Origin: Selaginella moellendorffii
Taxonomy: Eukaryota; Plantae; Lycopodiophyta
DNA: 64,000 nt
Assembly (NCBI RefSeq): GCF_000143415.4
Contig: NW_003314439.1
Span: 65,337 to 129,336 of the forward strand
Direction of reading: 5' to 3'
The notes under the pieces are model-generated. The model saw only the letters and a program-made list of their open reading frames with translations, ran no database searches and was not told the DNA's origin. Position 1 is the first letter of the stretch, and every line of letters begins with the position of its first letter. Below are positions 47,571 to 57,653 of this stretch, one piece after another. Made by a program: the position numbers and the translations under genes.

Positions 47571-47605
47571 CGAGCGGGAAATCAACAAGAACCCTAAAAT
47601 TTAGA

Positions 47606-49626
47606 TCAAAGGATTTCTCTCAAAGCTCGAAGCGACTCCATCTCATCCTTGCAAATCGCCCTCCACTTCTCCACCACAATCTCGTGCGCCCGGCGCAGCT
47701 GCCGCGGATTATCCTCGAGCTGCCGCGCATCCACCGCGCCACAGATCCTCATCACCTTGGACGCCGGCGGCAGGAAATCCCCCTCCACATCGTCCATGCT
47801 CGGCTCCCTCGCCAGGTACTCCATCCTCGCCTCCACAAGCCTCCTCATCGCGTGCCTCGATCCAGCGCTCCCGCTCGCGATCGCTTTCTCCACAAATCCC
47901 TCCTCCACCATCCTCTTCACCATATTCATCCTCTTGCTCGCCAGCTCCACCACCCTCTCGAGCACTCCCTCGTCCTCGAGCCAAAACAGCGCCATCTCCA
48001 GGAACTCCTTTTGCTCCGCCCAAGTCATGTAATTCTTCCACGTCGTGAACTGCCTGATCTTCTCGCCCTTCTGATTGAGGGGCGAGGGATCCCCGGCCCA
48101 GGAATTCAGCTCCGCCTTGTCCATCACCTCCGCAAGCTCCACCTTGCAGAGCTCGCAAAACAGCCGCTTCATCTCCGCCTTGTCCTTCAAGCCCATCAAC
48201 CGCCCAGCTCTTAGCATCGCCCTGACCACCTCACCGCGACAGTGCTCGCTGGTTCTCACACGTAAGTTCTCAGGCTTGTCGAGCAGCATGAGCAGCATGA
48301 CGTCGGGTTCATCGAGCCACTGCCGCCAGGGCTGGTATTGCTCCGCCTTCTCTGGGAAGCCGGGCAGCTGCAAAGACTTTGCCGCAAATGCCCGCGCCAC
48401 TTCCAGATGTCCCAGAGCTTCCAGCTGCAGCGCGAACTCGAGAATCCCACCGATGAACCTCATCTCGCTCGCCTTTGCATCGCGGGATGATGGATCACTG
48501 GAGCTTACCGCCACCCTCTGCTCCTCCCACAGGACCTCCACCTCCGTCATGCGCTCCGGGAAGTGGTGCACCACCATAGCCATCATCCGGAAGCTCAGCA
48601 CCGCCAGGGGGACCTTTCCAAGGATCTGGGAGGCCTCGTCGCGGAGCCCGTTGGCGAGGCAAAAGTCGAGCAGGCTCTGGACACCACCTTCCGGCTGGAA
48701 CCCCTGGCTATCCCTACCAAAGCTGGATTGCCATGGCGCTGGCCCGTACTGCGGCTGCTCCGAGGTGGCGACGCTCCGGCAGAGCAGCTTGGCAGCCGCG
48801 ACCGCCCCGTCGTTGCATCCGCAGCGGTGCAGCTTCCACGGAAGGAATCCACTGTGAAACACGCCGACGAGCGCCGTCTCCACGATCTCTCGGCACGCCT
48901 CCCAGCCGTAGGCATGCACTGCTCTCGCAAACTCGTCGAGACTGATCAGCTCCGCCACCCAGGTCCTGAGGATCGCAAAGGCCGACTCGCGAAGCCCCGA
49001 CTTCACGCACAGCTCGAGCAGCATCGCGGGCTCTCGATAGAGTTCCTGGAAATTCTTGCTCATGTTCCTTGCCAGTCGCCAGTGCATGTCGTTCTGCCTC
49101 GTTTGACCCCACGGAGCAACCGAAGCGAACTTCCGCGTTAACCCGTCCACTGCCTCTTCCAAGAACCTCCGGGGCTCCTCCATAGCTGCGAACTCGTCCC
49201 CGTAAATCTCCCGCAGCCACTCGAGCACCCAAGAGATGTCCCCGAGCGACGGGCAGATCGTCGAGCTCCTCGCCACCTTTGGCCACACCACCAGCGCCGC
49301 GACGTGGTAAAAGTACTGCTCGCTGCCACCCTCGTTGCCCGCCATCATCTCCGTGCCGCGGAACTCGTCCTCGATGAAATCAAACACGTCCCGCTCGTTC
49401 CTCTGGTCTTCAACCTCGCCCTCGGCCTCTTCGTCCTCCATGATCATCCCTGCGGGCGGTGGAGCACACCTGAGAACCTGCCGCGTGAAATCGATGTGCC
49501 ACTGCTTGAACTTGGCCGGCTGGTCGTCGATGGAGAGCCAGTTATCGATCACGTACTCGTTCTGGAAGTAGTCCGTCACGGTCTTGTGCTTGGTGAGCAT
49601 GCACAGATGGAGATCCAGGAACTCGC
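47606..49626 (-). pseudogene. 3' part of a 2OG-Fe(II) oxygenase-domain gene split by the Copia insertion
   Basis: Open frame with GNEGGSEQYFYHVAALVVWP. It joins in frame to 54156-55098 across the TSD (..VRACE|FLDLHLCMLTKH..). Confidence 0.85.
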
Positions 49627-49766
49627 TGTGGGAGTGTACAAGACCACGTCAGCACACAGCCACGTGAGCGATCCAGACGCCGCCACGGATCGTCACGATA
49701 AACCCATACATTTAACCATGTATCAACCGTCATAATAATAACACAACACCGTTTCATATTACCACA
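49627..49766 (+). repeat. 5' LTR (140 bp)
   Basis: Identical to 54011-54150 by eye. Confidence 0.97.
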
Positions 49767-49791
49767 TGGTATCGGAGCAGCGAACGATCTA

Positions 49792-49998
49792 ATGGCCAGA
49801 GGACAGTGGCACATGAAGAATCAAAGGGGCCAGGAACCCTTGGCTCAGGAGCGCGCGAGGGCTTTGGCAGTGCTGGCGCGGGTGGAGCGGAAGATCCAGG
49901 AGCGAAAGCGCCAACAAGCTCTTTGCCCAGCCTGCCGGAAGGTGTGCCCTTGTTGCGGCCGAGTTTTTCACGATTCTTCTCCACGCCGTCCTTTCTAA
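49792..49998 (+). CDS. Extra 68-aa ORF between PBS and gag (helical segment + CPAC-x3-CPCC)
   Basis: ATG 13 nt after the PBS, encoding ERARALAVLARVERKIQERKRQQALCPACRKVCPCCG. It fills most of the leader. Confidence 0.5.
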   Translation: MARGQWHMKNQRGQEPLAQERARALAVLARVERKIQERKRQQALCPACRKVCPCCGRVFHDSSPRRPF

Positions 49999-50035
49999 AT
50001 TCTCTGTTTAATCTATTCTTAGATTAATAGATAGA

Positions 50036-53000
50036 ATGTCTTCAGGAAATTCTTGGGACTCTGGGGGCTGGGAGAAACTTCTCCAAAAGTTCACGGGACA
50101 GAATTTCTCCACTTGGAAAACAAAAGTACAGCTTATCCTTTTGGCCAAGGACTGCTGGCCTATAGTGGATGGAACGACTCAACGTCCGGCTGCTGCGGAT
50201 GTAACCCAACGGCTCGACTGGGACTCCAAGAATCGGAAAGCGCTCTCTGTCATCGGGTTAGGTCTTGGGGATGAATTCGTTCATCTCCTTGATCTTACCA
50301 AAACAGCCCACCAGAACTGGACATCCCTTACACAAATCTTCGCTGCCAAAGCTGCCAATGCTAAGGTGGTGCTAACACAAAGGTTCTTCACGATGAGAAT
50401 GCAACCTGATGACACCATGGCCACTTACATTGGAAAGTTTAAAGCGATGATCAGCGAGCTGAAGGACGCGGAAGCGGCAATCACCATCGATCAAGCTAAG
50501 GCATTCCTTCTGAGCTCGGTCTCCCCTGATCTCCAACCTTTCGCATCGATGCTCTCGGCAGTGCCTGGAAAGGACTTGGACTCGCTCTACTCGGACCTGA
50601 TCGAGGAAGAACGAAAGCAGAACGAGCGGAGACAAAAGGCGCCCTCTCAGGCTGCTCGGGTGGAGCAGGCCTTGATCATGGGAAAGCAATCGGGTGGGAA
50701 GAAACGAGATGGCCCTGTTCGAGGACAAAAGAGCCCTTCTCCCAGCCCTGGATTTGCAACCAATAAAAAACGCAAGGGCCCATGTAACTACTGCGGCAAA
50801 GCTGGCCACGTGGAGCGTGAATGCCGGATCAAGAAAGCCGCAGAGAAAGCTCGCGCTGAAAGAAGCTCTTCTTCACGCCAACCTGACACAATGTTGATGA
50901 TGACGCTCGCTGCATCTTCATCCACTGTGTCCGAAGCCGAAGTGCTCTGGATGGATTCTGGAGCCTCGATGCACCTCACACCCTTGAAGAGAGCTTTTCA
51001 CAAGTACCGGCCACTGGAGCAGGAGAAGCAAGTCTTTGTAGGAGACAAATGCCCCTTAACAGTGGAAGGACAAGGAACGGTCATCATAAAGTTGGAGAGT
51101 GGAGCTGAGAAGCTCGTGAACCAGGTCTACTACGTACCAGAAGCAGGACAGACAGTGTTCTCAGTTGGTGTAGCAGCAGATCAAGGCTTCTCAACACTCT
51201 TCAATGCAGACGGATGCACCATCTTTGACGAGACTGGCCATCCAGTAGCTTTTGGTAGACGAGCTGAGACTCTCTACAAGCTCAATGCTCAGTTGATCCT
51301 CTCAACTCACGAGCAGGGGCATTTGCTTGCAATTCGCCCCAGCTCCTGGGCTGCCAACTCTCTCCAGCTCTGGCACGCTCGGCTAGGGCATGCCAATTCT
51401 CACGACATCTACCATCACTTCCAGGTCTACAAAAGCTGGGCAGAAAATGCCACTGGCTGTACCATCCGGACACTACGTTCAGATGGCGGCGGTGAGTATA
51501 TGAGCAAGGAGTTTCTGGCATTTCTTGCTCAGGCTGGCATCCACCACGAGTACACCGCAGCCCACACCTCGCAGCAGAATGGGGTCGCCGAGCGCCTGAA
51601 CAGGACACTTATGGACTGTGTACGCTGCCTTCTCCAGCACGCTGGCATGCCCAAGGTGTTTTGGGGAGAGGCACTCAACACAGCAGTGTACCTCCGGAAC
51701 CGGCTGCCAACACGTTCCACAGGACAGGTGCCGTTTCAAGTATGGACTGGGAAGCGCCCCAAGTTAGGGCACTTGAGGGTGTTTGGTTGCATCGCCTACG
51801 CCCACATCCCCGATGTTCAGCGGCGGAAGCTGGATCCCAAGAGCGAGAAATGCATCTTCATGGGCTATCACACCCAGGTAAAAGCCTATCGACTCTATAA
51901 CTGCCAGCGCAGGAAACTGGTGGTGAGCCGAGATGTGGTGTTTGATGAAGCTCGTCTTTATCGAGATACCCTGAGACTCCCTCCTGTTTCTCCACCATCT
52001 CTGGTGGATCTTTCTGAGATTTTGGACGACGTTCCACATCTCCACCCAGCACCAGACAATCCAGCCGCTGCAGAGCCAGGAGGAGTTGCTGAAGGAGCGC
52101 CCGAAGGAGGCGATCTGGCAGGAGGAGCTGATCACGGTACTTCTCTTCCTTCGACACCTCCTCTGACGACTCCACAGGCCACAGCGGCTGCATCCTCAAG
52201 CACCAATGAACAGCCAGATCTTTCCACGCTTGTGGCTGACCTGTTCGTTGGCGACGAGTTATATCAAGATGCCACCACTCCTCCCAGCATTCCCAAGCTA
52301 CCACCTCCTCCAGCCGGCACAGCAGTGGTGACACGCTCGGGTCGTGTCGTGAAACCATCTCTTAAAGCCAAGGAGGCGATGCCTATAGGAAAGCGTGCCT
52401 ACTTCTGGGCTCTGTCGGCTCCACCTGCCTCTCTCGGTCCCCAAGCGGCTCTACATGGACCAGAAGCTGAACACTGGCAGGCAGCTATGCAGGAGGAGTA
52501 TGATTCTCTCCAGAAAAACAACACTTGGTCGCTGGTTGAACTTCCAGCTCGCAGAAAGCTCGTCTCATCCAAGTGGTTGTTTAAGAAAAAGTACAACGCT
52601 GATGGAAGCATTGAGCGCTACAAGGCGAGATTTGTGGCACGCGGATTTTCTCAAGTTCATGGGCTGGACTACTCGGAGACTTACAGCCCGGTGGTGAAAC
52701 TCACAACCATTCGTATGCTACTAATCTTAGCTGCAGAATTGGATCTCGAGCTCCATCAACTTGACGTTTGTACTGCGTTCCTTAACGGCGACATCGATGA
52801 AGAGGTGTATGTGGCTCAGCCTCCTGGTTTTATCCAGCCTGGAGAAGAACACCTCGTTTGCAAGCTTCACAAAGCTCTCTACGGACTCAAGCAGTCGCCA
52901 CGCCAATGGTACACGAAAATAGATTCTTTTCTAATTTCCCTTGGTTTCGTGCGCAGTGCTGCTGATTGTAACCTCTACATATATTTTGACGCTGAGGGCT

Positions 53001-54085
53001 ATTTGTTCCTTGCGCTATATGTGGACGATGCTATTCTCGTGGCAAATCAGCTACGTTTGATCCACAAATTTAAAACGTACCTTGGCGCTAAATTTGCCAT
53101 GAAAGACCTCGGTGAGTTGCATTTCTGCCTCGGTATCCAGGTGACGCGCAACAGGGAACGAGGCACTCTGGAGCTAAGCCAGGCAAAATATGTTTCCGAC
53201 GTGCTCCAGAGGTATGGCCTTGCTCATGTTAATCCGGTTGCTACTCCCATGGAAACAGGCACGAAATTATCTGCTGAGAGTGGAGAGTACCTTGATCAAT
53301 CTCCCGAGGAGGAGAAAGCATCTAGAGCAGTCTATCGCTCTATGGTCGGCAGCCTGATCTACCTGGTAATCTCCACTCGGCCTGACCTTGCATATGCTGT
53401 GGGAACAGTGGCGAAGTACCTGGACCGTCCCTCCACAGCACACTGGCAGGCTTTGAAACGTATTATGAGGTACGTGGCAGGGACTAACCAGCTAACTTTA
53501 AAGTACTCCAGAGGCGAGAGCGGCAATAAGCTGGCTGGTTACTCTGATGCTGATTGGGCCGGGGATCCAGACAACAGGAAGTCAACCACAGGCTACGTTT
53601 TCCTGCTAAATGGAAATGTCGCAAGCTGGTGCAGCAAACGACAGGCTATTACAGCGATGTCGAGTACTGAGGCTGAGTACATAGCTGCAGCAGCTGCAAC
53701 CAAGGAAGCAGCGTGGCTGAAGGGACTTCTCCAGGATCTACAAATCAACACGGGCGTGGTCAAGCTATTGTGTGACAACCAGTCTGCAATAGCTTTGACC
53801 AAGAACTCCAGGTTCCACTCTCGTACTAAACACATTGAGCTGCGCTTCCATTTTATACGAGAGCAGATCCAGAGAGGAATGATCGAGCTGGAGTTCTGCC
53901 CGACAAACTCCATGCTAGCGGACGTGCTAACAAAACCACTTCCTCGTGTTAAACATGAAGTCTTCACGAAGGCTCTTGGGCTGACTTTAGACGTTGGCCT
54001 TGAGGAGGAGTGTGGGAGTGTACAAGACCACGTCAGCACACAGCCACGTGAGCGATCCAGACGCCGCCACGGATCGTCACGATAA
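50036..54085 (+). CDS. Copia gag-pol polyprotein with an internally deleted integrase
   Basis: NFSTWK gag start, zinc knuckle CNYCGKAGHVEREC, protease WMDSGASMH, LRSDGGGEY/NGVAER, RT YVDD and RNase H YSDADWAGD. The stop lies inside the 3' LTR. Confidence 0.95.
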   Translation: MSSGNSWDSGGWEKLLQKFTGQNFSTWKTKVQLILLAKDCWPIVDGTTQRPAAADVTQRLDWDSKNRKALSVIGLGLGDEFVHLLDLTKTAHQNWTSLTQIFAAKAANAKVVLTQRFFTMRMQPDDTMATYIGKFKAMISELKDAEAAITIDQAKAFLLSSVSPDLQPFASMLSAVPGKDLDSLYSDLIEEERKQNERRQKAPSQAARVEQALIMGKQSGGKKRDGPVRGQKSPSPSPGFATNKKRKGPCNYCGKAGHVERECRIKKAAEKARAERSSSSRQPDTMLMMTLAASSSTVSEAEVLWMDSGASMHLTPLKRAFHKYRPLEQEKQVFVGDKCPLTVEGQGTVIIKLESGAEKLVNQVYYVPEAGQTVFSVGVAADQGFSTLFNADGCTIFDETGHPVAFGRRAETLYKLNAQLILSTHEQGHLLAIRPSSWAANSLQLWHARLGHANSHDIYHHFQVYKSWAENATGCTIRTLRSDGGGEYMSKEFLAFLAQAGIHHEYTAAHTSQQNGVAERLNRTLMDCVRCLLQHAGMPKVFWGEALNTAVYLRNRLPTRSTGQVPFQVWTGKRPKLGHLRVFGCIAYAHIPDVQRRKLDPKSEKCIFMGYHTQVKAYRLYNCQRRKLVVSRDVVFDEARLYRDTLRLPPVSPPSLVDLSEILDDVPHLHPAPDNPAAAEPGGVAEGAPEGGDLAGGADHGTSLPSTPPLTTPQATAAASSSTNEQPDLSTLVADLFVGDELYQDATTPPSIPKLPPPPAGTAVVTRSGRVVKPSLKAKEAMPIGKRAYFWALSAPPASLGPQAALHGPEAEHWQAAMQEEYDSLQKNNTWSLVELPARRKLVSSKWLFKKKYNADGSIERYKARFVARGFSQVHGLDYSETYSPVVKLTTIRMLLILAAELDLELHQLDVCTAFLNGDIDEEVYVAQPPGFIQPGEEHLVCKLHKALYGLKQSPRQWYTKIDSFLISLGFVRSAADCNLYIYFDAEGYLFLALYVDDAILVANQLRLIHKFKTYLGAKFAMKDLGELHFCLGIQVTRNRERGTLELSQAKYVSDVLQRYGLAHVNPVATPMETGTKLSAESGEYLDQSPEEEKASRAVYRSMVGSLIYLVISTRPDLAYAVGTVAKYLDRPSTAHWQALKRIMRYVAGTNQLTLKYSRGESGNKLAGYSDADWAGDPDNRKSTTGYVFLLNGNVASWCSKRQAITAMSSTEAEYIAAAAATKEAAWLKGLLQDLQINTGVVKLLCDNQSAIALTKNSRFHSRTKHIELRFHFIREQIQRGMIELEFCPTNSMLADVLTKPLPRVKHEVFTKALGLTLDVGLEEECGSVQDHVSTQPRERSRRRHGSSR

Positions 54086-54150
54086 ACCCATACATTTAAC
54101 CATGTATCAACCGTCATAATAATAACACAACACCGTTTCATATTACCACA
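54011..54150 (+). repeat. 3' LTR (140 bp)
   Basis: Follows the PPT and is identical to the 5' LTR. Confidence 0.97.
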
Positions 54151-55098
54151 CTCGCAAGCTCTCACCAGTGCTGCCACCACTCGGTCGTGTCCCTTGAGCC
54201 CGGCGAAAGAGAGGCTCGTCTTCGAGTACTTGTGAGCCAGCGGAATCACCAAAAGCTTCCTGGCACGAACGAAACGTCTCTCATTTCGTTGGCGGTAGTC
54301 TTGCTGCGTTATCATAGCTGCTCCATCTCCACTCTCGGCTGCTGCTCCATCCCCACTCTCGGCCCACTGCTGGAGAAGAGCTCTAACTCGAGGCAACGCG
54401 GAGACGAACGAGGGGACCGTCCCTGCCGGTATGAAGTCGACGTTGTTCCTCACCAGGCTAAACACCAGGCACAGCCTCGATCCACTGGCCACCTCCTCAA
54501 GCTGGTGCTCGCAGTCGCAAAAGAAAATCGTCGAGAAGCAGCGGCCGGAGCTCCCCTCGGAGAAATCAAACCTGGAGCACTGCCTTCCCTGGCGAACCGT
54601 GAGAGCCCCTCCGGTGTGGCCAGACGCCGTAGGGAGCTGGACGATCATCGTCGCAAACATGCCAGCCTCTTTCTCCGTGTCCCTGTGGAACTTGAAGTGG
54701 CCGCCAGCTTCGTAGAGGAGGAGCTTGTAGAGCCTAGCGTCGAGCTCCAGAGCTTTGGAGTCGAGTCCCATGGCGGCCAGCCCAGCGGCGGCGAGTTCTT
54801 GAGCCACAGAAGAAAAGAACCTTGGATTTTCGGGGCAGGAGATTCGACCGGGATTGATCTGCCATGCTCGTCTCACGTCCGTGTCCACCACAGTCCTCTC
54901 TCCAAGTCCGTAAGGGGCTTGCTGGGACACGGCCTTGAGCTTGTCAAGACCCTCTTGCGAGAGAGGAAGCTCGACATTACCGGCGCCTTCGACGAGCAGC
55001 GACGATGGCATCTGGAACGAGCTGCCATCGATCTCACCTCCGGTGGCAAACACCTCGCGATCGCTCCACAGCGCCCTGAGCAGCTCCTTGAAATGCAT
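54151..55098 (-). pseudogene. 5' part of the 2OG-Fe(II) oxygenase-domain gene (complete catalytic domain)
   Basis: APYGLGERTVVDTDVRRAW, LYKLLLYEAGGHFKFHRDTEK (HxD), MFATMIVQLP..HTGGAL, DCEHQLEEVASGSRLCLVFSL (distal His and Arg), and LAHKYS..L.GHDR. Confidence 0.88.
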
Positions 55099-55289
55099 GG
55101 TTCCTTGCTGAACAAGCCTAAACCCTCGAGAACTTTAAATCCCTGCAAAACGTCCACCATAAGCTGGAGGCAAAAAAATAGGAAAGTCGAAATCCCACCA
55201 GCTGACCTGATTAACGCAAAGCTTCGAAATGCTTCAAAGCAAAATAATCCTACAAGAAGCAAATGCGATATTTCTAACTGAAGATACCA

Positions 55290-55975
55290 AAATCGCTGTT
55301 TTGCTTGTGCTCGACGATGGAGGTCTAAAGAACACATGATTAGATCCCAAACACGGTAATCGTCCTTCGCCGCTTCTTACATTGCCGATAATCGGCAATC
55401 TCATCTTTAAACCCTGGGAACTGGAAAGCGAGGCTATCTAGGAAGCTCTCAAGATTGCTCTGTGGAACTCATGGATTGTGCCATGTCGGTCGCGCGGTAA
55501 GTCGATCAGCTCTGGATAGTTTTTGACGCTGGATTCGCAGTTTTTAAGGCAATGCGGGATTTCTGTGACGAAGTTTCAAGAAAGATGTCTCAGTAAGTCC
55601 TTGTAGTTTTATCTTTGATGCTCCCAGTGTGCTTGGATTCCAGGACTCTGTTTTAAGGCAATCCCAGCTTTGAGAAGAAGAGCTTGTCTTTCAGCTCCAT
55701 GAGATGTCTCAGTAAGCCTCTCTCTGTGGTTTTATCAGCTCTGGATGGTTCTTGACACAGCTAGTATTGTGTGGTTCCAGGAATCCCGATCTAAGAGCAA
55801 GATAGATCATGCTTTGAATTTCCACTCAACTTTGGCTGGAAACTGTGGTGAGCGAGTGTCAACCGTATATGCTCCCTGACATCACACTTTCTTATGTCTT
55901 AAGAATCGCTGTTTTTAAGACAATGCCATCTTCGAGAGGAGCAACTGGTCCTGTTGTGACGAAAGATCCCTGAAC
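55290..55975 (+). other. Array of short duplicated exon-intron-like units without a long ORF (possible spliced non-coding RNA or decayed gene)
   Basis: Repeated agatgtctca|GTAAG donors, (a)tcagctctggat intron cores, ttccag-type acceptors and ttttaaggcaat exon starts. Confidence 0.4.
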
Positions 55976-57653
55976 GAGCGCAAAAACGGCTGCCTCGTTT
56001 GAAAGTCGCTCAAGAATTTAATTTCGGCCAAGACAAGGCAGCGGTGGTTTGTTGGCGGTGGATTTTATTCGGATGGAATTCGCGATTCACTTGTTTGTTG
56101 GTCGATTTCTGCAGGAGATTCGACGTTAAGTTGTAACTGTGGCTCTGCGTGAGCGGCACCGCAGCTGGAAAAAAGCGAGCTCCTGTTCCTCGATCGTAAG
56201 CACCTTAAGAAGTATATTATTTTTTCACTTAGGATACGCAAGCAATGATCGACGAGGCATTTCCTTGCTGAGAATCTGACGCGGGAGATGTTGATTGACA
56301 GGGAGGGATCAAACAAACAAGGCTCTACAGCGCATGGAGCTTGAGGTGTCGGGGATCACACCGAATGTAGACGCATCCTCTGGAATCGCACAAGTGCTCA
56401 GGCTTAAACAACATACACAGTAAGCTTCTCACCTTTTCCATTCTTTCCTTCCACATCACTTTCCAGGGATTGAATCTTCCTGAACCAATCCTCATCAACT
56501 TGTGATGGAGATTCCTCGCGGGCGTGGAATGTGCTGCGCAGCGGGGATTTGCAAATGGAACTGGCAGCGGAGAAAAAGAAAAAGCAAGCGCAGCTGGATC
56601 GCGCAAAAAAAGAAACACTTCCAAGTCAGTAAGCTTCCAAAAAGTCCGAGAAGAACCGTGTTTTATCACGTTCTTGAGTTTGACAAACAAAAAACGTTTT
56701 TTTTTTCCTTGTAGCTCGCCCGCAATGCTACGCAGCCAAACGAGAACGACGAGCGCCACCATAGCCAAACACAAATGGAAGACGAGCGAGAGCACGTAAG
56801 CTCGTACCGTAAAGCCGAACGAGCAAAGACGGTGGGTTGACCCTTCATTAACTGCGCCTGGCAAGCCGCCATTAAAGGCAGGCACTCGCGTTGCGAGCTA
56901 CTGCCTCCATTCATTCATTCAATTCACGCACTGGTTGGTTTGTGTTTAGGTCCCTCCCAAGCGACGAGATTTCTCGCGTTCTCGCGACTTCGCGATCATC
57001 AGGTAAGCAAAAATCGCTCTTTTCTTCGCTTTTTTTAAAGAGCTTTTTTCGCGGGTGATTGATCCAGGAATTTCGTGGAGGATTCGAATTCGACGGAGTG
57101 TGATTCGATCGGCCGCATTTGTGGAGCGCTCGGCCCCAGATCCAATCGTAAGTCGCCCGCTCGCTTTTGGAGAAGAAGAGAGGGAGCATTTAATTCGCGG
57201 TGCGCAGTAGTCGCAGGGTCCTGTGTAGAGCTGGTCTCTATCTCATTCAAGCGCGCCTTTGAAATCTCCCCCATCCCTTCTCTTTCTTTCCTTTCTCTTT
57301 TGTTTTCTCCATCTTTCTTTCCCTGTGTGTGTGTGTTCTTCCCGCATTGGTCTATCTAAAGACCACTTTCTCGGCCCCCTCCTCTTCAGTCTTGTCACGG
57401 GTTCCAGGCAAAATCCAGCCGGGATTCATCCGGGCCTCCGTCCTCTCCTCCCATCTCTCAATCAATTCGATTCACTCCTCTCACCGCCCTCGCGCGCCCA
57501 CCAGAAGCGACGAAGAGCTCGCAACGATCTCTCAATTGGGTGGCTGCAATCGCCTAGTGGGCGCTCCTGATTCCTCGAGTGGGTTCCAGGTTTTGGATCT
57601 AATCGGCAGCCACAGGGAAAATGCTGGATCGCATTGCTTGATCCCAGGAGGGA

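Larger units (their letters stand above)
49627..54150 (+). mobile_element. Ty1/Copia LTR retrotransposon, 4524 bp, very recent insertion
   Basis: Identical 140-bp LTRs (TGTGG..CCACA), TSD CTCGC (49622-49626 and 54151-54155), PBS TGGTATCGGAGC at 49767-49778, PPT TGAGGAGGAG at 54001-54010, and gag-PR-IN-RT-RH order. Confidence 0.98.

Noticed and set aside
47606-55098. Bacterial contamination as the source of the microbial-type oxygenase
   Set aside because: It is flanked by intron-containing plant genes and interrupted by a plant Copia element, so it is integrated in the nuclear genome.
54187-55281. 364-aa plus-strand ORF after the 3' LTR as an env-like gene
   Set aside because: It lies outside the TSD-bounded element and is antisense to the oxygenase CDS.
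56000-57300. ORFs of 80-186 aa upstream of the WAK-like gene
   Set aside because: No domain similarity or consistent exon structure; probably promoter, UTR or non-coding transcript.
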